The position numbers were made by a program, and so were the translations under genes. Shown piece by piece: positions 15,797 to 26,113 of a stretch of DNA of 33,972 bases. A model generated the notes under the pieces. It worked only from the letters and a program-made list of their open reading frames with translations. It had not been told where the DNA came from and did not search any database. The stretch is from positions 1-33,972 of IMG/VR virus record IMGVR_UViG_3300025277_000067. One strand, written 5' to 3'. Position 1 is the stretch's first letter. Every line of letters begins with the position of its first letter. Source of the DNA: a virus (lineage: Duplodnaviria > Caudoviricetes).

Positions 15797-18343
15797 ATGG
15801 CACTTCCCTACCCTGACCCCGGAATGGTGACTATTACTGGTGACCCTAATAATCCGTTTGGTGGACAAATTACCAGTCAAAATATGAATACGGCTCACCC
15901 TAATGAAACACCAGAACAGGCAATTATGAGGCTTCATCAGGGGGGATTAGCGGTACATGAAATAGCTGAACTCACAGGTTTTCCTCAAGATCAGGTGGCG
16001 ATGCAAGTTGCTCTTGGGACCGGGGACCGTGGTTCTTTTTTGCCGGGAGGACAATTTGGTCAAGAACCGCCACCTACTGATGTGCCATCTATTGATGGCG
16101 GTATAGAGTCTCTTCTTCCTGCTCCTACTGACGCTGCCGCTCCTGATTTTGTAGATCTAGGTACTACCGCGGCTGATATAGCTGCAAATGTAAGAGGCGG
16201 TCTTGCAGAACCCAAAGAATATTTAACTGAATTGCAACTCCACGAAGCTATAACAAACCTCGGCGCTGATAGAACTGAAGCCGAAAACCAGGTATTAGAT
16301 AACGACCCTAATAACCTCGGTCTAAAAGTTTCGGCCGCTAATCTTGCTGGCGCTATTGCACGAGGAGCAGGGGATAAAGATGCAATAGACACTCTAAGAA
16401 CAGCAGGCGAAATAGATCAAGAATTTGACCTAGATAATACAGATGATGTAAAGAGTCGATTAGAAGTATATAAAAGAGCAGCAGAAATATTCTATGACAC
16501 AGATGATTTAAAAGAATTAATTCCCCAGCCCGATAAATCACTTCCATTTATGATTGCTGGCGCTGCCTTGATTCAAGCGGGTAACGAAGGAGATACATGG
16601 GGAGAAGCCTTGTCTAATGCATTTTTACAATATACCATGTCTTCTAAAAAAGAAGAACAAGACTATGAAAAACAAATACTCGGTCTTGAAATAGGAAAGA
16701 AAAAAGCAGCTCAAGAGTTGGCAACTCAAATGTTTCTAGGAGACCGTGAACAACAACAAGCGTTCGCTAACTCGATGTTAAAAGCAAATGCCAAATTTTA
16801 TAAAGTAAAAGGACAAAATCTTCCAGTACCCTTTACCGATGCAGAACTACTTGCAATTAGGAACATGGGCCCGGGGCCGGGTGTACCTGTCATACTTGAC
16901 GAGTGGAACGCGGAGAGGCACGGAGTCCTAAAGAATTTCACAGTAACTGATGCCGCTGGTAACATGATGGTTCAAGGACTCACCGACACCGAAGCTCTAA
17001 AGCAAAGAGATTCAGGGCTGTGGGAAAATGTAACAGTAGGAGACAGAACCGGCGATTTGAAGCTCTATAACATAAACGGCGTTAATAAAATGATTTTGCC
17101 AGAAGACGCTCAAAGACTTCAAAGGGACGGTAAAGAAGTATTCGCCGCAACTCCAAACAATACAATGAAAGCCCTCGATACGACGACCAACAGAAATGTA
17201 TTTGTATCTCGCTCAGCCGTTGATGCAGATAGGGCTGCAGGAACTGGTAGGTATGTGCCTGTGGAAGAAATGATAGGCTATGCTACGGATATTAACGGTA
17301 ATCCAATGATTGGTCCCGCTAGTCAGGTATTTGGTGCTGTGGGTGTAAGAGGAGCCCAAAGAGAAATAGGAAGATTCCAAGAATTATACACAAACGCTAA
17401 TTTTAATAGAAATAGAGTTCTTACCACAATAGATGAGATACGATCTGCTGTGGGAGCGGCCAGAAGTGAGAGTGGTACATTATTGTGGGGTACTGGTGGG
17501 CAAGCTGGCTTAGTTGGTAGAAGAATTATTAATGAAGTTAACCAGCTTAGCAAAGTTTTTTCTGACCCAACAAAACAATGGAATTTTTATATAAGTAACA
17601 AAGAAGATGGACTATATGATCCCCAAACAGATAGGACTCTTTCCTATGACTCCTTTCAAAAGAAATATGGGGACCGTTTTTCTGAGTCGAATCTTGGTAA
17701 ATTTTTACTTGATACAGGATTAAGAAGAGTAGAGGTTAATAACTTAATTTTTCAACTTGCTTTAACTAGCGCCATGCTAGAAGGGCAAAAGGGACGGGAT
17801 ATTTCCGACAAGGATATTGAACGATTCTTAACTAGGGCAGGTGCCAACGCTACTTCAGAAGACGAACTACTGGTTTTACTCGATAATCTTGAATTTAACG
17901 CCATAGACTATGTTGATAAACTAGCGGATAATCAAGTCAGGCTTAGTCCAACAATGATGCCAAATCCAGACGGCGACGGTAGCGTCCGTGCTTTAGAATA
18001 TCGGTTTCGAGGCATAATAGATGCGGATAACGACTATGTCCCCACACAAGGTAAAGAAACCATAGGTGAAAGAAGGCGAAGATTAGAAACTAGAAGACAA
18101 CTGCCAGGCACAGTGGGGGGTGTATCTCCAAGTGTTGCGGTAGATGGACCTACACTTGAACCGCGTCCTCTCGATGACAAGTTATCAGGAGATGGGAATA
18201 GAACTTTTCTTCAAACCTATCAGTATTTAAAGAGTCTCGACAGACGCGCCCGAGATGAACACACACAACGGCTTTTGGAGGACTTGACAAATGAGCAGTT
18301 TAACGCTTTAGACAAGTACATTTATGACCGCGGCGGTTTATAA
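15797..18343 (+). CDS. Large putative internal virion protein
   Basis: 848 aa; position in the block of large ORFs after the tail genes; Q.GR.ISDKDI motif; no enzyme motif recognised. Confidence 0.55.
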   Translation: MALPYPDPGMVTITGDPNNPFGGQITSQNMNTAHPNETPEQAIMRLHQGGLAVHEIAELTGFPQDQVAMQVALGTGDRGSFLPGGQFGQEPPPTDVPSIDGGIESLLPAPTDAAAPDFVDLGTTAADIAANVRGGLAEPKEYLTELQLHEAITNLGADRTEAENQVLDNDPNNLGLKVSAANLAGAIARGAGDKDAIDTLRTAGEIDQEFDLDNTDDVKSRLEVYKRAAEIFYDTDDLKELIPQPDKSLPFMIAGAALIQAGNEGDTWGEALSNAFLQYTMSSKKEEQDYEKQILGLEIGKKKAAQELATQMFLGDREQQQAFANSMLKANAKFYKVKGQNLPVPFTDAELLAIRNMGPGPGVPVILDEWNAERHGVLKNFTVTDAAGNMMVQGLTDTEALKQRDSGLWENVTVGDRTGDLKLYNINGVNKMILPEDAQRLQRDGKEVFAATPNNTMKALDTTTNRNVFVSRSAVDADRAAGTGRYVPVEEMIGYATDINGNPMIGPASQVFGAVGVRGAQREIGRFQELYTNANFNRNRVLTTIDEIRSAVGAARSESGTLLWGTGGQAGLVGRRIINEVNQLSKVFSDPTKQWNFYISNKEDGLYDPQTDRTLSYDSFQKKYGDRFSESNLGKFLLDTGLRRVEVNNLIFQLALTSAMLEGQKGRDISDKDIERFLTRAGANATSEDELLVLLDNLEFNAIDYVDKLADNQVRLSPTMMPNPDGDGSVRALEYRFRGIIDADNDYVPTQGKETIGERRRRLETRRQLPGTVGGVSPSVAVDGPTLEPRPLDDKLSGDGNRTFLQTYQYLKSLDRRARDEHTQRLLEDLTNEQFNALDKYIYDRGGL

Positions 18344-18345
18344 TA

Positions 18346-21300
18346 ATGTCAAATGGCAATGAAGATATAGTAGATCTTACATCAATACTTGATGAGATAG
18401 CAGCTGAAAGGCTAAGACAAGCTGGTAGAGATCAAGCGCAACAAACGCAACAACAAACAGCAGAACAAGAAAGACTCTCCAAACTTGGGGAATTTGGCTA
18501 TACTGAACGTCCTCCTACTCCTGGTCAACACTGGGTTGCCCCTCTTGCAGACTATATGTCGAATAGGGCTGCAGAAGAAGCTGCAATTGAAAAAGGAATA
18601 TTAGCGAACGATCCATTTTTTGTAGAAAATTATTTACCAACAGCTCGCCCCGAAGTTAAATCTAAATACACAGGGGTGGATTTTACAGGTGGCGCAGGTA
18701 ATGATGCCAATAAAATAATTTCTCAGTTACCTACAGAGGTTGCAGAGGATCCATACTGGGCACAAAGGGTTATACAAACACTTTATGCCGAAGAGTATGA
18801 TATACCGCGTACTTATGATTATAGGGTCAGATACGATCCACATGTTGACAAGTTAATCTTTAACGATCCATTAAACAATAATAAACCCACTATTATAAAT
18901 CCTCCGGGAATGCAATGGGCTGATTTTGCAGCTCTTGCTGAGCCTATCTCTGCTGAAGTAGCAGGTGCTGTAGCTGGGGGTGCTCTAGGCAGTTTAACAG
19001 GTACTGTAATAGGAACTGGGGGTGGTGTTTTAGTGGGAGAAACTGTAGGAACTTTAGTCTGGAGACTAATGAATTTACAAGGGCTAAAAGATCGAGGTTT
19101 CCTCCCACCGGGATATAATATAGTGGATGAAGCCGTGGATGAAGCAGTTAATACCGCAGCGTGGGGTTTAGGGGCCATCCCCCTATTTAAAGTAGCAAAA
19201 TGGGCATTTAGAATTAGCAGCCCAGGAAAAGCATTTCCAGTAGATGAAGATGAATTTGTAGCAGCATATGAAAAGGCACGAGTCAACAACCCACAAGCTA
19301 CCACCGTGAGACCATTAGGATCAACAGATCCTAGTGAAATACAGACAGTACAACCGCCAAGAGGAGCATCAGATTTTAATGCCCAGCAGGAAGTAGCTGA
19401 AGATGTTGCTGCCGTGCAGGGAGGACAGTTATTAGATCAAACTGTCCCTCAAGTTATGCTGGGGGCCGCGGACTCGGGTGTACCGATTAAAAAAACTGAT
19501 GCAGTAGGACTTGAGCAATACTTACGTTCAGAAGCTGGCACAGACTCACCAGCTGGGGAGTATCTTAGACAATTATTTGCTAGACAAGAAAAAGGAAAAA
19601 CAGCAGCCGTAAGATCTATATATGAAAGAGAAGGTATACCACCAAGTTTAGCAGCGGCAGAAGCCGGTCCCGGTGCTAGAGCAGCCAGAGGAATGGACTT
19701 TAGTGAAGCTGCAAGACAAGCCTTAGAAACTAATCCTAGAATGCAACAGGCTGAAAAAGCACTTACAGATTTAGCAAATTCGTCAGACGCTATTTTTAGA
19801 GAACTTGGAGAAGGAGGTGTTTCTGCTGCAACCGCAGGCCAAAGTATAAGGACGACATGGAAACTCGCAAGTAATAGGGCATCTCAAGCCGTAGATACTG
19901 CCTACGATGACATCGCAAAAAAATCAGGTTTTGGCGATAGAAGACTCAAGCCCTATAATTACAGCACCTTAGAAAACCCTGTAAAAAGCATAGCTAAAAT
20001 TATCAGGGAGCAAGGCCTCCCTGATTCAACAGAAGCCAATAGACTTCAGGGAATTTTAGAGTCTATTTCTCAAGGTAACATGAAATCTCACGAAGTTTTT
20101 ACAAGAGATTTAAGTAGATTAAGATCAATCATAAACGAACAACGGGCTCGAGGTAGAAACACAGACGACTTGGTAAAAATACGAGATAGCATGCTAACTA
20201 TCCGCAGAAACGCACTAGAACAAAGAGGTCACCCAGGAGCAGCGGCTGAATTTGAAGCGGCTGAAACCTTATATAGAGAATTCCAAGAAAACTATAAGAA
20301 TCGCTTAGTGAAAAATATGCTGGCTCTTCAAAGCGTCAGTGCGGACAAGTATGTTCAGGGAGATAGACAAGCGTATGAAGGATTTGTTGATTTCTTACGA
20401 TCCAACATAACTAGAAATTCCGACGGTACGTTAAACTCACCTGAGTTTATTGATAGTGTTCTATTAGATCCAGAAAATACAACTGGGCTACTAGGTCTGA
20501 GGGCAGGTCTACGCAATGAATTTATGAATAAAGTTGTTACTGAACAAGGTGGAGTATTAAAGCCTAGATCAGTGCAGGCTTACAAAAACTTTATGGATAA
20601 AAACGGCGATGTTATTCGAAAATTCTTTACAGAAGATGAAATAGCCCAGTTTGATAGTGCCGAAGCCTTCATTAAATCCTATAAGCAAAATGAAATAGCT
20701 TTAACAAAAACTAGAGATGCACTAGCTAGATCTACTACCTTAACAAATATCGTAGATCTAAAAGAAAAAGAAAAAGTTTTCAACCTAACTTGGGGACCAG
20801 GAAAAATAACCTCCACCAGAGAATTATTTGAAGCAGTCTCTGATTCTAATAATCAAGAACTCATAGACTCTTATAAAGCCTATATCTTTCGAGATATGAT
20901 GGAGAAAACACAATCAAAGGGCGCATTAAATGAAGCTACATTTAATGGAGGGAAGATAGAACAATATTTAGATGATCATGGCGATGCCATGGAAATTTGG
21001 TTCGGTACAAAATTTAGAAGCCAATTATCTAATATAGCTGCAAAGATAAAACCCTATGATGATCTAGGCCCAGCTCAACTTTCTAAAGAAGATCAGTTTA
21101 TACTAAGAAGTTTAACCTCTTTGGCAAGAGCTTACGTTGGTATATTTACAACTCCCGGTCGTGTAATGACTGCTGTTAAAACTATTTATGGTGGTAACGC
21201 ATCAAGAAGACAATTAGAACTTTTATCAGATCCAGATAAATTATACAATGTTATTATGCAAGATAAGTGGCAAAAAAATCCAGTTACAAGAGCAGTAGTA

Positions 21301-21531
21301 AGAGAAATAGGAAGGATATTTTATAGAGAAGAGGTTGATACCCCCCGAGAAAAAGAAGCGGGACGAGAGTACACAGGTACTGAACCAGAACAAACTCTCC
21401 ACATGGGTATTCCGGGATGGCAAGAACGTCAGTTTGATGAAGACTTAGGTGGTCTCAATAGAACTTTTAGATATGGTGGTCATGTGGTTAAGAATCTAGG
21501 TATGCCGCTAAAATATAGGATGGATGGATAA
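18346..21531 (+). CDS. Large putative internal virion/ejection protein
   Basis: 1061 aa, mostly helical, with a glycine-zipper hydrophobic segment (AGAVAGGALGSLTG...GGGVLVG). Confidence 0.6.
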   Translation: MSNGNEDIVDLTSILDEIAAERLRQAGRDQAQQTQQQTAEQERLSKLGEFGYTERPPTPGQHWVAPLADYMSNRAAEEAAIEKGILANDPFFVENYLPTARPEVKSKYTGVDFTGGAGNDANKIISQLPTEVAEDPYWAQRVIQTLYAEEYDIPRTYDYRVRYDPHVDKLIFNDPLNNNKPTIINPPGMQWADFAALAEPISAEVAGAVAGGALGSLTGTVIGTGGGVLVGETVGTLVWRLMNLQGLKDRGFLPPGYNIVDEAVDEAVNTAAWGLGAIPLFKVAKWAFRISSPGKAFPVDEDEFVAAYEKARVNNPQATTVRPLGSTDPSEIQTVQPPRGASDFNAQQEVAEDVAAVQGGQLLDQTVPQVMLGAADSGVPIKKTDAVGLEQYLRSEAGTDSPAGEYLRQLFARQEKGKTAAVRSIYEREGIPPSLAAAEAGPGARAARGMDFSEAARQALETNPRMQQAEKALTDLANSSDAIFRELGEGGVSAATAGQSIRTTWKLASNRASQAVDTAYDDIAKKSGFGDRRLKPYNYSTLENPVKSIAKIIREQGLPDSTEANRLQGILESISQGNMKSHEVFTRDLSRLRSIINEQRARGRNTDDLVKIRDSMLTIRRNALEQRGHPGAAAEFEAAETLYREFQENYKNRLVKNMLALQSVSADKYVQGDRQAYEGFVDFLRSNITRNSDGTLNSPEFIDSVLLDPENTTGLLGLRAGLRNEFMNKVVTEQGGVLKPRSVQAYKNFMDKNGDVIRKFFTEDEIAQFDSAEAFIKSYKQNEIALTKTRDALARSTTLTNIVDLKEKEKVFNLTWGPGKITSTRELFEAVSDSNNQELIDSYKAYIFRDMMEKTQSKGALNEATFNGGKIEQYLDDHGDAMEIWFGTKFRSQLSNIAAKIKPYDDLGPAQLSKEDQFILRSLTSLARAYVGIFTTPGRVMTAVKTIYGGNASRRQLELLSDPDKLYNVIMQDKWQKNPVTRAVVREIGRIFYREEVDTPREKEAGREYTGTEPEQTLHMGIPGWQERQFDEDLGGLNRTFRYGGHVVKNLGMPLKYRMDG

Positions 21532-22689
21532 ATGGCTTTATATACTGGAAGAAATCCTTCGCTGCCGCCACCGCGACCAATTCAAGTCCCCCCAAATAAA
21601 AGACCCCCTAGACCTAGCCCTAGTCCTCTGGGAGATCATTTAGCAAGGATGTATGACCGTGCTCCGGGGATAGCTTCTTTAGTTAATCCCCCAAGAACAG
21701 ACCCCGGTGGGCAAGCCGATAGAGAAAAATTAATGGAGATGCAAAGGGAGACTTACCGAAGGTTCTTATCTCCACCTTCAGACGACGGTGGTGGCGGTGG
21801 CGTCGGGGCTAACCCACGTCCACCTTCATATCCAGTATATCCAGCATCGACGACTCCACGTCAAGAAACGCTAAATGATTATACGGTAGTAGCCCAGGCA
21901 CATGGTCTACCTGAATCTGCTTATATATCAGAACATAATGATTTCTCTGATAGAGACTTTATTGACTCAATCTCTGGAGATAGGGATTATATTGACTCGC
22001 TTTTAGATCAGGAGAAACACTTCATTTTTAAGGATGATCTTGGACCCGGACCACCGGCTGCCGGCGGTTTTGGGATAGAGGGAATTCCCCTTAGATGGGC
22101 TCCTCCTTCTTTATTAGAAGCCGGAGAGGAGACAGTAGCTCCTCCTGCATTTGATCCGAGTGGTCTTCAAGCGAGGTTAGATGCTCTAGAGAATAGAGAA
22201 ATTCCAGGATTTGATCCGAGTGGTCTTCAAAGGCGGTTAGGTGCTCTAGAGAATAGAGGTGGATTTGATCCGAGTGGTCTTCAAGGGCGGCTAGGTGCTC
22301 TAGAGAATAGAGGTGGATTTGACCCGAGTGCTCTTCAAAGGCGGCTAGGTGCTCTAGAGAATAGAAAAATTCCAGGGTTTGATCCGAGTGATCTTCAAGG
22401 GCGGCTAGGTGCTCTAGAGAATAGAGAAATTCCTACGTTTGATCCGAGTGGTCTTCAAAGGCGGCTAGGTGCTCTAGAGAATAGAAAAATTCCAGGGTTT
22501 GATCCGAGTGATCTTCAAGCGAGGTTGGGTGCTCTAGAGAATAGAAAAATTCCAGGATTTGACCCAACTAATTTACAACAACAAATTGAAGAACTTCGAG
22601 GGGCATTAGGTAGACAATCAATGCCTGCAGCGAGTGCTGCAAGAACAAGAAGAAATCTAGGTGGTCTTGTCGGCATCCTACCAACTTAA
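21532..22689 (+). CDS. Pro-rich protein with tandem short coiled-coil repeats
   Basis: 385 aa; Pro-rich N-terminus; 7 full copies plus 1 degenerate copy of FDPSxLQxRLGALENR(xIPG/GG). Confidence 0.7.
   Translation: MALYTGRNPSLPPPRPIQVPPNKRPPRPSPSPLGDHLARMYDRAPGIASLVNPPRTDPGGQADREKLMEMQRETYRRFLSPPSDDGGGGGVGANPRPPSYPVYPASTTPRQETLNDYTVVAQAHGLPESAYISEHNDFSDRDFIDSISGDRDYIDSLLDQEKHFIFKDDLGPGPPAAGGFGIEGIPLRWAPPSLLEAGEETVAPPAFDPSGLQARLDALENREIPGFDPSGLQRRLGALENRGGFDPSGLQGRLGALENRGGFDPSALQRRLGALENRKIPGFDPSDLQGRLGALENREIPTFDPSGLQRRLGALENRKIPGFDPSDLQARLGALENRKIPGFDPTNLQQQIEELRGALGRQSMPAASAARTRRNLGGLVGILPT
22150..22580 (+). repeat. Coding tandem repeat of 60/54 bp units
   Basis: Units start at 22150, 22210, 22264, 22318, 22378, 22438, 22498 and 22558; core TTTGAYCCGAGTGNTCTTCAA...GCTCTAGAGAATAGA; all lengths are multiples of 3. 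Confidence 0.95.
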
Positions 22690-24125
22690 ACCAACCAATT
22701 TTTCCATTTTTCTTCACCAAGCACTGTTTGAGCAATATTTTGTTTCATTCTTAGTGCCTTAACTATTTTTTCGTCTACTGTGCGTTCACAAACAATATCA
22801 ATATAGGTGACTTTATTGGTTTGACCAATACGGTGCGCCCGATCCTCAGACTGAAGCCGCTTTTCTAGATCATAGTTATTAGAATAATAGATAACAGTAT
22901 TAGCAGCAGTTAGAGTGATACCATACCCGCCGGTCTGTGTATTACCAACAAAAAATCGTAGCGGGCTGTCCGGGTCTTGAAATTTATTAATCACTTCTTC
23001 TCTACGGTCTTGTGGCACATCTCCATAGTAAGTACCTATTGACTCTTCTCCGTAAAGTTTAGCTAGTTCCTTTTCTATTTTTTGAATATCGTGCCTATAG
23101 TTGGCCCAGATAATTACCTTACCATCAGTTTCTTCCAGTATTTCCAGGAGCTCCGGTAATCTTTGATTAGGTATTTCAGTAATGTTACCGTTGTCAAGTT
23201 TTACAAAACCACAAGAAACTTGATGTAATCTAATTATCTGAGTAATTAGATGTGTTATAGTCACTGTCCCCTGACTAAGAGAAGCCTTCGCTTGTTTTTG
23301 TAGTTCTTTATAGATACGTCTTTGTTCATCTGTTGTTTGAATACTTCTTTTCAGGTAGATTTTATCAGGAAGATCTAAACAGTCCTTTTTCAGTACTCTA
23401 CTACTAAATTCAAGGAGACTCTCGTTTAATTCTGTCAGGTTTTTGTACCCTAGTACCTGCTTATACGTCCTACCGTTAGCAGAACGGGCGGCTAGATTAG
23501 CATATCTCGCTCTAAACGAGTAGTAACTACTAAAGCCCAATAAACTAGGATCTAAGAAATATGCCTGACTATATAAGTCAAGAGGACTCTTAGTTACCGG
23601 ACTACCGGTCAGTATTCTTTTGTAGTAGGCGTATTTCCCTAAACGAACAGCGTTAATTGTTCTTTTTGCTTTATGATTCTTTATGGTTGTACTTTCATCT
23701 ATTATGAACATAGATTTTCTTTTGAATAAAAAATCAGTCACAAACTGAGTACCCTTTTTTGTACTCAGTGCTTCTATGTTCATTATAAGAATATTGAGCC
23801 TTTCGGGTTCTTCTGACAAACTGGATAACAGTTTCTTGTTTTTCTTTGTACTAGAATTAGACCACTTTACAACATGGTAATTGGTTTCTTCTGGGGTGTG
23901 CCTTGGTATCTCTTTACTGTACCATGTGTCATAGACTCCCTTAGGGGCAAGTATGACAACCCCGTTTAGTTTTTCTTGTCTATACAGATAAATAAAATTA
24001 TCAATTACAACCTTAGACTTACCGCACCCCATTTCCATAAAGAGAGCAAACTCTTTTCTTTCACAAGAAGTGTTCAAGGCGTCTAGTTGGTGCTGGTAAG
24101 GTTTTGTTTTGAATAAAAAGTTCAT
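22686..24125 (-). CDS. SNF2-family (SF2) helicase/ATPase
   Basis: PYQHQ Q-motif, EMGCGKS Walker A, IIDEST motif II, ILTGSP, GGYGITL and QSEDRAHRIGQ motif VI. Confidence 0.93.
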   Translation of the reverse strand: MNFLFKTKPYQHQLDALNTSCERKEFALFMEMGCGKSKVVIDNFIYLYRQEKLNGVVILAPKGVYDTWYSKEIPRHTPEETNYHVVKWSNSSTKKNKKLLSSLSEEPERLNILIMNIEALSTKKGTQFVTDFLFKRKSMFIIDESTTIKNHKAKRTINAVRLGKYAYYKRILTGSPVTKSPLDLYSQAYFLDPSLLGFSSYYSFRARYANLAARSANGRTYKQVLGYKNLTELNESLLEFSSRVLKKDCLDLPDKIYLKRSIQTTDEQRRIYKELQKQAKASLSQGTVTITHLITQIIRLHQVSCGFVKLDNGNITEIPNQRLPELLEILEETDGKVIIWANYRHDIQKIEKELAKLYGEESIGTYYGDVPQDRREEVINKFQDPDSPLRFFVGNTQTGGYGITLTAANTVIYYSNNYDLEKRLQSEDRAHRIGQTNKVTYIDIVCERTVDEKIVKALRMKQNIAQTVLGEEKWKNWLV

Positions 24126-24416
24126 CAGGTTTCTTTTTTATAAGTCCTTTCTAAATAGGCTTTACCGTAGTATCGTATAGAAAAGGTTAAGAATATATAC
24201 ATGTTTTAGCATAATTACCACTAAACCGCTAATACCCCGATAATACTTTTGTCAATAATTCCATAGGTACTTAATTTATAAAGAATTTTAGCTAGCACCC
24301 TATTAGCTTATTGACTATTATCATTTTTTTACCACGGATGCTTTTATCCAAATAAAATTACCCTATAATAAATAGGTATAAGTTTCGTTTACCCCAATAA
24401 GTAAGAGACAAGAATT
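24126..24416. promoter_or_regulatory. AT-rich divergent intergenic region, probable early promoters and possible origin
   Basis: Largest non-coding gap, between divergent genes. TATAAT at 24364-24369 on +, without a convincing -35. Confidence 0.5.
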
Positions 24417-24743
24417 GTGTCAAAATCGACAGTTTATATTGTACAAAAACCCGACGAAAAGAAAAACATCACTTCTGCACTTGATTATGGAGAATTCCAG
24501 TTTCTCCTGAGTGAATCAACTAACAACACACTGTTGTGGACTCCACAAGAAGTAGTCTCTACGCTTCAAACAAAATTAAGAAATTTTAACGACAACGATT
24601 ACCTATTACCAATAGGTGATCCTGTGGTTATTGGAATGAGTACTGCTATTGCAGCAGACTATAACGATGGCCGAGTTAGGTTTCTTAAATGGGACAACCG
24701 GGAGTATAAGTATCATTCAATTGAGGTGCAGTTATGGGAATAG
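24417..24743 (+). CDS. Hypothetical protein, first gene of the replication module
   Basis: 108 aa with GTG start; overlaps the next gene. Confidence 0.6.
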   Translation: MSKSTVYIVQKPDEKKNITSALDYGEFQFLLSESTNNTLLWTPQEVVSTLQTKLRNFNDNDYLLPIGDPVVIGMSTAIAADYNDGRVRFLKWDNREYKYHSIEVQLWE

Positions 24744-25282
24744 TGGATAAAATGGAGAGTGATGTTACACAAGACATCACAGCTGATGATTTAAAAAATA
24801 TAAGTGAACTGGGTCATCAGTTAACAGAATTAGAAGAAAAAATTCAGCTTGAAGAAGAACATTTAAAGTCATTGAAAAGTGACTATCGAAAGATTAGTGA
24901 AGATTTACTTCCAAATAAGCTACGAGAACTTGGTGTGTCCTCATTCGAATTGACAGACGGTTCAAGTATGTCAATACAGCAGTATTATTCTGCAAGGATT
25001 ACCCCCGATAACCGTGATGTCTGTTTCCATTGGTTAGAGAATAATGGTCTGGGGGACATTATAAAGAATACTGTATCAGCTAACTTCGGCAGAGGTGAAG
25101 ATGAATCAGCATCCAAACTCATGACACAGCTAGAAAGTGAAGGCCACTCACTGGTCCAAAAAAAGTGGGTGGAACCTATGACTCTTAAAGCTGTGGTCAG
25201 AGAGCAGGTTGAAAAGGGGAGCGACCTACCCCTCGAAACCTTTAATGTATATATAGGTCAAAAGATAAAGGTGAAAAAATGA
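24734..25282 (+). CDS. Conserved-type phage replication-module protein with N-terminal coiled coil
   Basis: GAGGTG RBS; coiled coil, then WL..NG.GDIIKN and V.P.TLKA.VRE motifs of proteins that typically precede phage SSB genes. Confidence 0.6.
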   Translation: MGIVDKMESDVTQDITADDLKNISELGHQLTELEEKIQLEEEHLKSLKSDYRKISEDLLPNKLRELGVSSFELTDGSSMSIQQYYSARITPDNRDVCFHWLENNGLGDIIKNTVSANFGRGEDESASKLMTQLESEGHSLVQKKWVEPMTLKAVVREQVEKGSDLPLETFNVYIGQKIKVKK

Positions 25283-26064
25283 CAGAAGCAAATGAAAAAG
25301 TAACTCAGAAAAAAGTAACAAGTAAGCAGGACTCACTCCCCGCACCTATCTCTATATTTGAAGAGGATGCGTCCGGTGGACTAGAAAATATCACCCCCGA
25401 GGACCTCACCATTCCCCGTCTTAAGATACTTCAGGCGTTGAGCCCAGAAGTAAATAAGATAGACGGTAAGTATGTCCAGGGAGCGGCAGCTGGGGATATA
25501 TTCAACACAGTAACTAGCCATTTTTACTCAGAAAGTGATCAATGTATAGTTATACCGGTAGCTTATAAGCGTATGTTTTTAGAATGGCAACCCCGTGAAA
25601 GTGGTGGTGGCTTAGTTAACCAACATACAGATGCTGCTATTCTGTCTCAAACTTCAAAGAACGAGAAGGGTGCAGATATTTTAGCAAACGGTAACTATAT
25701 CCAAACTTCTGCTACCCATTATTGTCTGGTGGTGGAGGGGGATTCTTTTCAGCAGGTGATGATACCGATGGCCGGTACGCAATTAAAGAAATCTCGTACT
25801 TGGAATTCGGTAATGATGGGGCTTAAAGTTAAATCGAGTAACGGAAATGTTTTTACTCCCCCATCGTACAGTCATAAATATGCTCTCTCAACTGTAGCAG
25901 AGTCTAACGATCTTGGTACATGGTTCGGTTGGAGTATTGAGATAGCAGGGACGCTTGAAGAGGGAGAAATGTTTCTATATGATGCGGCAAAATATTTTGC
26001 AAATAATATAAGTAATGAAGGAGGTTCTTTAGCCAGCTCTACGACCTCCGAAGCTGCATTTTAG
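25279..26064 (+). CDS. Putative single-stranded DNA-binding protein
   Basis: DL.IPRLKILQALSPE, EWQPRE.GGG, TQLKKSR.WNS and N..GTWFGW motifs; C-terminal Phe; sits before the primase. Confidence 0.6.
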   Translation: MTEANEKVTQKKVTSKQDSLPAPISIFEEDASGGLENITPEDLTIPRLKILQALSPEVNKIDGKYVQGAAAGDIFNTVTSHFYSESDQCIVIPVAYKRMFLEWQPRESGGGLVNQHTDAAILSQTSKNEKGADILANGNYIQTSATHYCLVVEGDSFQQVMIPMAGTQLKKSRTWNSVMMGLKVKSSNGNVFTPPSYSHKYALSTVAESNDLGTWFGWSIEIAGTLEEGEMFLYDAAKYFANNISNEGGSLASSTTSEAAF

Positions 26065-26077
26065 TTGAAGTTTTAAA

Positions 26078-26103
26078 ACAGGGGTGGGTGATCCCACCCC
26101 TGT
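26078..26103. terminator. GC-rich hairpin (11 bp stem, 4 nt loop); terminator or RNA-processing/translation-control element
   Basis: ACAGGGGTGGG-TGAT-CCCACCCCTGT is a perfect inverted repeat; a short T run follows it only on the - strand. Confidence 0.55.
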
Positions 26104-26113
26104 AGGACTGCGG

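Noticed and set aside
22150-22580. Possible CRISPR array
   Set aside because: Units are contiguous, in-frame and lack unique spacers; it is a coding tandem repeat.
24126-24416. tRNA or structured ncRNA in the largest intergenic gap
   Set aside because: AT-rich with no cloverleaf, T-loop motif or stable stem visible.
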